DNA of 64,000 bases, from positions 9,019,751 to 9,083,750 of the forward strand of contig OZ037773.1 of the NCBI GenBank assembly GCA_964035545.1. The letters are read 5' to 3'. A program made the translations under genes and the position numbers. This document shows positions 14,001 to 26,772 of this stretch, piece by piece. The notes beneath the pieces were generated by a model, which was given only the letters and a program-made list of their open reading frames with translations, had not been told where the DNA came from and made no database searches. This stretch comes from Bugula neritina (taxonomy: Eukaryota > Animalia > Bryozoa). Each line of letters begins with the position of its first letter. Within the stretch, counting starts at the first letter, position 1.

Positions 14001-17000
14001 TTATATTGCATTGTATGATTAGTATTACAATGTCCTTACGACTACTATTATGATGTGTATCATGTTTTAGTGCACTGGACAGTTCTCAACCTCTAGTGGT
14101 TGGTTTACAAAGACCTCTACTCATACTATTAGATAGAAACATGGACCTAACTACTCCCTTACATCACACATGGACCTACCAAGCACTTGCTCACGATGTC
14201 TTGGTGTGTTACCTTTACTATAGTATTTGCATGTGACACCTGCAAGCACTTGCTCTCAGTGTCTTGGTGTGTTACCTTTACTCTAGTATTTGCATGTGAC
14301 ACCTGCAAGCACTTGCTCTCAGTGTCTCGATATGTCTATTGTATCATGTGTTTGACAGAACGCATTGACTATCATCGCTTACATACAGCTAGCTGCTCAA
14401 AATGTTTTTAGAGTCTTATTTGATAGTACTGTTGTATATGTTATTTATATTCTGTGTGCACCAAAAAGCACTATTTCCTCATGCCTCAAAAGTAATTTGT
14501 TTCTTGGGAGTTATCCCTACATCAATTAATTTGTTTTCTTCATTAAGCTTGTATATGCTTAATCTGATATCACAGATGTAAATATTACCATGCCTGTTTC
14601 CGACTCTGAAATTCTTCTGCTTTTAGACAGACTTCTAAGCATTTTATACGTAAACATTTGATCTCTGTAAGACATTGCTCTTTTTCTTTTAGAAATTGAA
14701 GTTGAACAACATAGAGATCGAGGATCCCAGTGATCAGGCAACTCCAGGAGCACATGGTGGGGCAATTCCCAAGAAAAAGAAGAAGTCGTTTGATCTAAAC
14801 AGTTCTACAGACAAGTTGTGGCAGGTGATTGCTGGTGTAGTGTGCTGTGGTCAGGCGATAGTGATGCTACTAAATTATGCAGTCAACGTGTTTTATTATG
14901 TTTTACCTGAGATATTCCTACATCAGGGAGTTTCTTACAAACAGCACAGCTTTTCTGATGTCACTATTTAAAAAATTACAGCACAAATTGGTACTTACTT
15001 GCTATTAATACCATGTATACTGTTGTCCAGCTCATATTAAAGACATAATTTTCTGAAAGCAAAAAACATTTACAGTGAAGCAATGTCTTCTGAATTTTGT
15101 TTTGATTTATTAGGTGATAGTTGTGTTATGCTGTATATGTGCGGTGTGGCGATGCAGCACTGTATTTATATATAACATTCTGTGGTGCACTGTGGTGATA
15201 CAATGTAATTCTTATCAGATTCACAGAGGCAGTCCATTCCCTACAGTAGCTGAGGCTATCCAAGAAGATCTTGATGATTATAGGACTAAGGAAGTGGAAG
15301 TGTCAAGGTTAAAGAATGCCATGGTGAGTGGGAGGAGTCAGTAGGGGAAGGGAAGGAGTCAGTAGGGGAAGAGGAGGAGTTAGTAGGAGGAGGGGAGGAG
15401 TCAGTAGGGGAAGGGGAGGAGTCAGTAGGGGAAGGGGAGGAGTTAGTAGGGAAAGGGGAGGAGTTAGGGGGAGGGGAGGAGTCAGTAGGGGAAAGGGAGG
15501 AGTTAGTTGGGGGAGTTGAAGTAATTTCATTAAATAATTTTCAGAAGATGAAATTTTGTGACCATTATTTGGAGTTGTCACATTTTCTCCATGAACATGC
15601 ATTGCATACATTTGCAACCAAAATAAGATTTACGAATAAATAGAACGCCACATTCTGAAAATTTGTTTAAGCAGTCAGTCATCTAGCATTAAAATGAAAA
15701 TTAAATTGATATTTGGGATATTCAAAAATAAACTTGGCAATTTTAATTTCAACTTGAAATATTTTGAAATGTTTCAGTTTTATCGATTTTTTAATTCATT
15801 ATGATGCAATTCTTTGCCACTGCCATTAAAAAGCACATTTAGTTGGAAAGCACTGCGTATAGTCAAGGTAGTACTTTGTTTCTAAGAGTGAGGATAACTC
15901 CAAATGATAATAATCGGTGGTTAATTCTGGTTATTTGTTGTATTTGTTACTAATTGCATATCGCTGATTAGCAGTCAGTTCAACTCTCTCCAGTTTCTCT
16001 TTTCACCTTTCCCAGGGCCTGGAAGGAGAGGACGAAAACGCTGCCATATCCTTACTCTCCGACAACACTGCTAAACTCACGTCAGCGATGAGGTGAGTTG
16101 TCCCCCCACTTTCTCAGCTGAATTAGTCCTCAGGTGTCAGGAGTGAGGAATACTGAACTGTTCGTGTCTCAGCATTCGATATTTTAGATACTAGTTTTTC
16201 AATTAGTGTTGTCAGTATTTTTAGTGTGTCTTATGATTTATATTCTCTTAACTCCAAATAATTATTTTTATAGTTTGAGGTTTTGTGCACCAAAAATATA
16301 ACAAAATAATAATTATTGTTAAAGATAGCAAATACCATAATACATTGTCTGACTGACCTCACAGTTTGTCTTCACCAATCAAATTAGCAGGTATTTCTGT
16401 CTATTGATATCAATACGGGTAGCTATAGAGCTCATTTCCTTTGTTTCTATATTGTGGAAGTTTTCTCCCCCCTTTCATGTTACTAGATGGCACAACTCCA
16501 TAGCTCTCATGTTAATCATAGATTTGTACTTGACGGAATTTAATTTATTTGCTATGGAATGTCTCACTTTAGTTCACTTCCTGAGCTGCTCCAACGCAAG
16601 AGGTTTCTGGACATGCACACTACCATAGCAACAGCTCTCCTCGAGTTCATTAAAGCAAGGAAACTTGACCTCTACTTTGAAACAGAAGAGAAATTGATGA
16701 GTAGAAGTGCACTGGTATGTACTTAAGTTCTAGAGGTCATGCAACACACATGTTGTGCCTTCCAACAGGAAGTTTGCTCACTGGGAAAATATTTTCCTGG
16801 TTTCATGAATGACATACATTTTTGTGAATAAATTGTAAACATCACTTTTCCTGTAAACAAACTTCTTGACAAAGTCAGTACAAAGTTTGTATAGCAGTGG
16901 ACACCTTCAGCTAATAGCTGAGTGTTAGGTGTTTAGCTATTGGCTGTCAGATTGTTAGATGTTCAGCTATTGGCTGCGTTTTACAGGAACAGTCTCTCCT

Positions 17001-20000
17001 GGAGATACTCAACGACCCAGAAGCCGGAACTGGCGAAGATAAACTCAGACTGATTATTATAGCTATTATCTGTGACCCCAGCATGTCTGATGTAAGTCTG
17101 TCTTGCCACCCCTCCCCTACATGCCCCCCTTCTGTAACAAGTTTCACTGCTACGGCACACGCTGTATGATAGTGGCACACATTGTGGTTTATATATCCTA
17201 TCCTGCTTTGGAATTAGAATAAAAGAAATTACTGGCCCTATTTGTGTAACTTATCTACTGTTTTTAAAGGTGATTTTGTTTACAAACCGTAACAAGGCAG
17301 TATTTTTCTAAAATCATCAAAAAAGCTTTTTCGCATATTATAGTAATATAGTAATATGCATAGTTATAAGTACAATGTTTTAGTAATATAATATTACATT
17401 TTGATAATTATATATTAATAGCTGTATAGTTATTGTAGTAATATATATATTATAGTAATAGTTATAATATTTATATTATAGTAATAGTAGTATAACTATT
17501 CTCTTCTCCACCACACTAAGTCTTCATGTGGTTTTATCTGTTCTTTTCTTCTGCATATTTTATACTAATCTTTCTGTTTAGCATGAGGTCTATATTTCTA
17601 AAATTCATTCAGGGGGACATAGACCAGTACAGCGAGGTACTCAGTAAATGTGGCGTAGAACTAGAGGCTATAAAATACATCAGAAGATGGAGGTAATTAT
17701 TCTAGTTGTGTAAACCATGTTTTCTCTTTTAACTGTGCCAACTTTGTAGTAGATCTATATACTATCAGTTACTGTATACTATCAGTCACTATATACTATC
17801 AGTTACTATATACTATCAGTCACTATATACTATCAGTTACTATATACTATCAGTTACTATATACTATCAGTTACTATATACTATCAGTTACTATATACTA
17901 TCAGTTACTATATACTATCAGTTACTATATACTATCAGTTACTATGTACTATCAGTTACTATGTACTATCAGTTACTATATACTATCAGTTACTATATAC
18001 TATCAGTTACTATATACTATCAGTTACTATATACTATCAGTTACTATATACTATCAGTTACTATATACTATCAGTTACTATATACTATCAGTTACTATAT
18101 ACTATCAGTTACTATATACTATCAGTTACTATATACTATCAGTTACTATATACTATCAGTTACTATGTACTATCAGTTACTATATACTATCAGTTACTAT
18201 ATACTATCAGTTACTATATACTTTCAGTTACTATATACTATCAGTTACTATATACTATCAGTTACTATATATTATCAGTTACTATATACTATCAGTCACT
18301 ATGTACTAGTGACTAATAGTACACTAATAATTTGCAGGACATACAGTACTCTGCCGGCAGCTTCAATACACTCTAGTGGCGGAGGTACGAAAACAGTCAG
18401 GTATGTGTACTGAATACTGTCTTATTAGAATAATACAGAGGGGCTAGCAAGTATGACTGTTTTGTCATTTATAGTAATATAATGTTTTTATATTATAATG
18501 CGATTATTCTAACTACAATAATTATATTATATTATATGTCATATTATAAAGTATCCATAATATAATATAATACTATACTGTGTTGTATGATATAATATAG
18601 CATTCCATAATAATATTATATAACATAATATAACATAACATATAATATAGTATAACATAACACAATAGAATACAATATAACATAATGTAATATAATATAA
18701 TGCGTTGTATAACATAACATAATATAATAGAATACAATATAACATTATGTAATATAATATAATGTGTTGCAGCATGTTCTCCAAACTCATGTCTCAAGCC
18801 TCATCCTTTGCCATGGAAGGAGTGAAAAATCTCGTAGTCAAGAAACATGTGAGTACTACTTAGTCTAAAATGGGGAAGGGGGTTTGGTGCCCCCCCTAAT
18901 CTGTTCTGGTATATAGCCTGAGGTGTGTACCTGTTTATACAGTGTGGGAGGCAGTGGCACTCATGTTAAAACATTGTTTCTAGTTTCTGAGACAAAAATA
19001 TGCGAGCTGGAAAGCTTTGAGATGCTGAATGGACGAACTAATTGTCGTTAGAATATCTGGACTTTTCTAAACGCCAGGAAATACTTTAAATTGTCAATAT
19101 GAGCTTTTGAAAGCTGAACATGCTAATTTTTCTCGTATCTTTTTATGTCTTACTCATTTTTGCTCCGAATTTTGACTGTTGATGTGTGAAGTTCTTGCCA
19201 TCAATCTATTGTAACCACACAGTCTTCACTCTACCTGTGTTACCATACAGTATTCACTCTACCTGTGTAATCATACAGTCTTCACTCTACCTGTGTAATC
19301 ATACAGTCTTCACTCTACCTGTGTTACCACCCAGTATTCACTCTACCTGTGTAATCATACAGTCTTCACTCTACCTGTGTTACCACACAGTATTCACTCT
19401 ACCTCTATCACCTTCACTAGTAATATGATATCCTAATATCCTAATAATCTGATATTGTATAATATTAACAACTCTTTCACACCTGCTGTCACTGTTCCAA
19501 CTTCCTGGTTTCCTTAAGTTTCAGTCATCATGTGAAAGGTTATTCACATTGACTCTTCGTCATTCTCTTGTTTTTGCTTTTTTATATTTTGGATCGGAAA
19601 ATGACTCATGCTTTTATTTCCTCCTTCATTTGAATGCCACATGATTTCAGTATTTTATGTTACCATACAGTATTTACTCTACCTGTGGTATCATATAGTA
19701 TTCACTCTACCTGTGTTACCATACAGTATTCACTACTTGTGTTACCACACAGTATTCACTACTTGTGTTACCATATAGTATTTACTCTACCTGTGTTACC
19801 ACACAGTATTCAGGTGTCCATATTACTATAACAGATAATATATTTGATCAATATAGTATTTTTTATATTATATGCTATCTAATAATCAAAATATTGACAT
19901 AACATATCCTTAAAACTCAACGGAGCATGTACATGTTGAAAGTTGCTAGAATTATTTCTTCCAACTAGCCAAAGCCGCTCTATTCCTCTGTGAAATTTAC

Positions 20001-23000
20001 CTGAGAGAGGTAGTCTCCCCTGTGTAGGGGGAAGCTGTATAACCTGTTTGTTATCACTTTGGTATGTGATGGGTTGTGTCAGCGTGAGAATATTGTTTTG
20101 TAATCACTGAGTGTTGTGTTTGTTTCCTCCTCCATGCCTTCATATCTTCACTGATGTCATCTGATAATATATGATGATTTGCATAGTCTACTTGCTGGCT
20201 ACCTACTGTTCCTGGTTATTCGCTGTCTCCAGGGTCTTTTCCAGGGTTGGCAGGTAGTTGTAGATTGTCACAGGTACTGTCAGATGATAGCAGGTAGTTT
20301 CAGATAGTTAAACTAAGTGTCAAATAGTGACAGGTGTTGACAAATAGTTGTGAAAGGTGACAAGTAGTGTCAGGTGTTGACAAGTAGTTGTGGAAGGTGA
20401 CAGGTAGTGAAAAGTGTTGACAAGTAGTTGTGGAAGGTGACAGGTAGTGTCAGGTGTTGACAAGTAGTTGTGGAAGGTGACAGGTATTGCCAGGTGTTGA
20501 CAAGTAGTTGTGGAAGGTGACAGGTAGTGCCAGGTATTGACAAGTAGTTGTAAAAGATGACAGGTATTGTCAGGTGCTGACAGGTGGTTTGTTTCAGTCT
20601 TGCTGCTGTAAAGCTTAACTTCCTGCTGAAAGGCAGCCATCAGCTGGTAGATGCTGATATGAACTATAGCTCAGTCTAGTAGTATTATATGTCGCCAGCA
20701 TATTGTTTTTTATATGAGTTATTTAGACACTATACTGGTATATGTGAATATCCTGGTATGTTGTAACCTCTCCACAAATATATATCTATTCTCTACAATG
20801 CTGTATTTCCTTTTTGTAACTTGTCTATAGTGATTCCTTTATTTCCTGTGTGAGATTTAGTTGTGAATTTAATACCTTTGAGTAGAGGTCTGGGTTAACA
20901 TTTGTTCTGGAAAACATGCTAAGCTCCTAGCTCTCTCTCCTGTTGGGTTGAGAAGTTGCAATGGTTGTTGAAACCACCTGTTGTTTACTAGGACAGGGTG
21001 AAACTGCATTATGGGATAGTTGAGTATAATGTATATCTTTAGGTAATGCTGCGCCATTATTAAGTGTTTCTGGAATTGAAAGACTTTTTATTTAGTCAAT
21101 TGCTTAGCTCAATTGACATAGTTTTTCATATAAAGGGTGTTGCATCATGATTATATAAGATTTACCTGGACTTTCCCAGCTTCATTTGAGCTTTTCAGAC
21201 AATATTTGGTTTGCACTCAACAAATATTAACAACAATGAACACCTGTATAAGGATCTTATCACATGATGATTACTCTTGCATTAATTGTTCCATTGTCAT
21301 TCCATGACACTCTTGAAATTTTAATTTATCATCAGGGAAATGTTTGGTCCAGCACATGATAAGAGGTTATATTCCCATCTCCCTGCCCCTTAAGTGATCA
21401 CCTCCCTGCCCCTTAAGTGGTCACCTCCCTGCCCCTTAAGTGATCATCTCCCTGCCCCTTAAGTGATCATCTCCCTGCCCCTTAAGTGATCACCTCCCTG
21501 TCCCTTAAGTGATCACCTCCCTGCCCCTTAAGTGGTCACCTCCCTGCCCCTTAAGTGGTCACCTCCCTGCCCCTTAAGTGGTCACCTCCCTGCCCCTCAA
21601 GTGGTCATCTCCCTGCCCCTTAAGTGGTCACCTCCCTGCCCCTTAAGTGGTCACCTCCCTGTCCCTTAAGTGATCACCTCCCTGTCCTTTAAGTGATCAC
21701 CTCCCTGTCCCTTAAGTGGTCACCTCCCTGTCCCTTAAGTGATCACCTCCCTGTCCCTTAAGTGATCACCTCCCTGTCCCTTAAGTGATCACCTCCCTGC
21801 CCCTTAAGTGGTCACCTCCCTGTCCCTTAAGTGATCACCTCCCTGTCCCTTAAGTGATCACCTCCCTGTCCCTTAAGTGATCACCTCCCTGCCCCTTAAG
21901 TGGTCACCTCCCTGTCCCTTAAGTGATCCTAATAATTACAGTAAAGAGCTCACTATCCTAACAGATTATTCTTCTGTCAGAGACCTTCTGATCATAGAAA
22001 TATTTGAGTCTGTTGAAAAGCTGCAGATTTATATAAGCAGAGTTCAGAAGTTGCATCTATATTCTAGCTATTTTATCTCTTTTCATTATTGTGAAAGTTA
22101 TGAGTAAAATAACTGTAAATCTGCCATAAAACTACTATTATTCCAAGTTTAATTTTACCCTTCAGGAGACTAGAGTTATTAAAAAAAGGTATCTTCATTT
22201 CATATTACTTCAGTGCCATAAACTAGGGCCCTAGATAATGGCACCACTAACTAATGTATTTATGTTGTTTGACCTTTGACACCAATCACGTGACACTACT
22301 TCCAGACACTGTCTACTAGGTGCTCTCAAGTTAATTAAGTCACCCAGTGGTTCTACTTCCTTCTAATGACACAACTCTATGTGACTTAGTAACTATATTC
22401 TCGAATCTTCCACGCTCTATGGGCTTGACTTATTTCTAATGTTTTGTGATAGTAATTTGACTTTATTGAGGAATTAAATTCCATACACTAAATCTGAAGT
22501 AGTTCAAGTTTATGATGAAATTAAAACTGCAAATCTGGCATTAATTACCTAATATGTCATGTTTAAAAAATATGATAAACTTGTATACACTGCGACTTCC
22601 TGGTTTTCATTAGTATTAGTCATCATGTGAATTGTTATTCTTGCTGTGATTTCTTTTGTCACTGAAACTGACACAACTTCAATGCACATGTCTTTCTACT
22701 TTTATAAATATATTATGTACCGTTACTGAATATTTAATATAATATATTATTATATCGGTGAGCCTCATATCAGCTAAAAGGGTGGCACATAGAGTAGTAT
22801 GAACACAGAGGGATGTCCACTAACATACAGAATATACCCTGAATCAGTGTTTGGTATTTACTGTGCTAGGTTTGCTGTTCAGCTCTTCCGTAGCTTCTGT
22901 CTAACTTTCTACCTCTCAAAGTTTTGCCTAAGCACTGGAAAAGCATCATACAGTTGGGGTTATGTGGTGTGTTGCCTGGAACACTGGTTAACTACCATAT

Positions 23001-26000
23001 GAATGGCTCTACCATATGAATGGCTCTACCATGCCATCAGTAACTACATGTAATATGTTGGAACTTCCCATTGCTGCTGTATTTAACCACTCATTTCGTT
23101 GTTGTCATAGCTGGGTAGTCCGTGAAAATACGTGAATACATGGATATTGATGTTATTGCTGCTTGTGCCTGTGTTGACAGAGATATTTGAAAAGAGAAAC
23201 ATCCTGGAATAATTGCTATTCCATGTTATTTGGTTATTAATTAGTTCACGGTTGACTTAACGATACTGTTGCATTCAGCAGTCTTCTAGCTTGCAAACAA
23301 ACAGCGACTTATTGCGTCTGCTTTGAATGTATGCACGTATGCATGTATGCGCTTACACGAACTAATAAACTAAATTGAATATCGAGGCTATGTCCAAAGC
23401 AGTTTCGGTTTAGTTGACCAATGAGATGTCAGCGATTGCTGATTGATTCCCACGTTGCTAGTATAAATGAATAAGTTCTAGATCTGCCGGCCAGTTGCAA
23501 CAGGTATACACACGCGAAAAGTCTGTATTTGCGGTAAAATTTCTTATTTCACGTAATGGCTTCAAACTCCGAATCTATACCAAACGGTACCTCTACTCAA
23601 CCTGAGAGTGAGACTGCGGGGTCACTTTCTCAAGCAGTGGGCGCCATTCAAGTCAGTGGTGAGTAACCTAAACTCATTAGACTTAGTCTTACTCTTGGAA
23701 TTAGTTTTAGTTATCCCCCCCCCCCCGTAATATTATTTTTACCTAGTTTGCCATTTTTGCCATTCTTACCTGTGCCATTTTAACCTGACACCAGTTTTGA
23801 TACAAGTAATTACTTTCTAAATAAGTCAATATGAATATGAATATTATGTTTATTGTTTATAATTATTTTCGCTTTAACAATCGTTGTGATTGTTTAATAA
23901 TAGAAAGTTACTTAAATACATGAAAAACTGAGTAAATCATTAATATCTTTAGATATGTAGTTTTTACTATAAAACTACAGATTTAAATAAATAATGCTTT
24001 GCTAGTAGTAGTGAACTAATTTAGCTACTAGGTTTAGTCCATCCCTGATGAATAATTTGACCCAAAACCACAAGTTCATTGGAGCATATCAATGCTAACA
24101 GATGTATAATGCTGAGACCGCTTGATCAGTATTTCATCACAATATTATCACTAGTTTATCTGACTGGAGATTCTGATTTTGAAAAGACTTAATGATAAAG
24201 TGAAAATTGTATATTCAGCCAACTGTAATCCTGGTGTTGCAAACTTTATTTCCTCTACAATGTTTAGCATTCAATGAAGAGCCTCACTAGCAACTGAGCT
24301 TGTTGATATTAGGTGCCAGAACTGTAATGAATGAGGTATTGCTTTATTCTCATGACGTAAATTCAATGTCTTGTAGCAAGCAACAGTTCTCCTGATAGTA
24401 ATGGCTTGACCAATGCAGGAGTTGAAAAGACATATTTCGACAGAATTGATGGAAAGTTGACAAAAACAGAGTATGAGATCAAAGATAAAGGAGTATTTGT
24501 GGTGATTAAGAACACATCTTTCAACTATAAACACAACGGGCATGACTGGAGCAAGGAACCCACTCTAAATTATGATGCAGATGTAGAAACACTCCAAAAA
24601 ACTTTCAACTTGGCTGATGACGCATCAAATTTCATCCTTGGATGTGACTTGACATCAGAAGATCCGGAAGGGGAGGATCAGTTTGATGTATTCATGGATA
24701 ACCTGGTTGAAGATAATCCACATGAACCTCGTTGTGATTTCCTGGTGTTTGTATTGATGTCACACGGCCTTCCGGATGGAAAGTTCCTATTGGCTGAAGA
24801 GCGTGAGAGCCTCGCTTGCTGTGGCAGTGAACATGGAGATGTCACTCACAAATACCAAGGCTATTGTCATATGCGTGATATAAAAAATGATGTGGTCAAG
24901 AAGATACAAGATAGTCCTAGATTCGTTAACATACCCAAAATATTTCTGGTGCAAACATGCCGTGGTGTTCGTATGGATGCAGTAGATTTAAGGAAGCCAA
25001 AAGCTCTTCCTTCACAGCTGAAGCCACCATCGCCAACTGTGACACTCGCCGACAAGTTCATACCAGATGGCTCTGACACTTACATCATGTTTGCTTGCTA
25101 CGAGGACCACCTGTGTTGGGTGGATAATGGCGGGTCCTTCCTTGTCAGGTATTTTTGTGAAGTAATGGATGAGTTGCAAGTAGCAATAAAACAGAGTCAA
25201 ACATTCTTTGCAGAGCTGGACCATAGGCTGATTGACCAGAGGGGAGCAAATGGCATGTTTCCATTCAACAGCGATGAAACAATGAGACGTCTCAACAACT
25301 ATGTCACCAAAGTACGAAATTGGGACAAGTTGTTCCTCTGTCCAGAGAGTTTGACCGGAGGGTGGATGGAGGGCGTGGCCCAGAAGACTATGGCTAAGAT
25401 CACCAACACTCTCATCGTTATGAAGGTCTTAGATGAAGATGGTTATGTCATTGACGCAAAGTATGACAAGCAGCAGCCCCACATCAACTGCACTCTCAGG
25501 TTTAAACTGTCTATGCTGAAAGTGTTACGGACACAGTGGGACGATATGCAGTGACACCAACAAATGGCTCTGTCCATCATTTATCTGAATACATATCCTT
25601 GGCTTTGAGTTCTGTATTTTATAACTCTTCCAGTTACCTGCATTTTTGCTCATTGAAATCAAATTCTCCTTGTTTCTATAATTGCACACACTTTCACTGA
25701 ATTGTTTTTTCTATTTATGTAAATGTGTACAATGTACATCTTATTTATGATATGCAAAATTTCTAATATATAGTATTTTATTATTTGATATATTATATTT
25801 TAAATATAACAAGATTGAAATATATTGTGTTGTTTAACTGATTAGTCTATACTCATGGAAAAGTTTGGCTAAAACATTATGCTGGTAATGCTATTACTAT
25901 TGGCTCCAGTGGGCATGTTTTGAAACTTGGCATTTCTGTTCATGAAGTATTTCTCAAGTTCCATTCTTACATCCTAACACAAACATCTTGTCACAAACAT

Positions 26001-26519
26001 GTTGAATCATCTCTGAACCAAATACTAATAATTACTTTTCATTGCTCTGCCTCATAGCTGCAGTATTCTACTAGCGAAAACCAACATGGCAATTCTGAAA
26101 ACTATCTTACTAGTTTTATCATTTTGAGACCAGATCATTTTTTGAAGTTATCCTACTGTACACTGTTAGTGTTTTAGTATTACTTAAAAACCACGAGTAG
26201 ATAGGTAACAAGTCTTGTAAGAGTTGAATAGTATGCGCTGTCACAGTCTGTTGAAGTTCTGATAACCATATGACAGCACATCAATCTGCTATGTTTGTCT
26301 ACTGCGGCAAGTGTTGGCAAGTGCTTGTATCCAGGTTGGCTGGGAAAATAATAATTCAGGTTACCTGTTTTTGTAATCCTTCTTTTACTATACACTACTA
26401 GTAGTAGTACTACTACTGCTACTATTACTACTACTACCACTGCTACTACTATTGCTACTACTGTTACTAGTACTACTATTATACTACTACTACTATTGCT
26501 ACTACTACTACTACTAGTA

Positions 26520-26556
<37 letters not shown>

Positions 26557-26675
26557 CACTACTACTGCTACTACTACTACTACTACTGCTACTACTACTA
26601 CTACCACTGCTACTACTATTGCTACTACTGCTACTACTACTGCCACTACTACTACTATTACCGCTACTACTGCTG

Positions 26676-26710
<35 letters not shown>

Positions 26711-26720
26711 GCTGCTGCTG

Positions 26721-26772
<52 letters not shown>

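Noticed and set aside
1746-21927. Regular 17-46-bp arrays as possible CRISPR arrays
   Set aside because: The units are head-to-tail with no unique spacers, no cas genes are present, and the context is eukaryotic. They are minisatellites.
18773-25554. In-frame SCFD1-caspase fusion protein
   Set aside because: The phases are incompatible: exon 16 ends in phase 0 and the caspase exon starts in phase 1. The nearby alternative AGs also lead to immediate stops.
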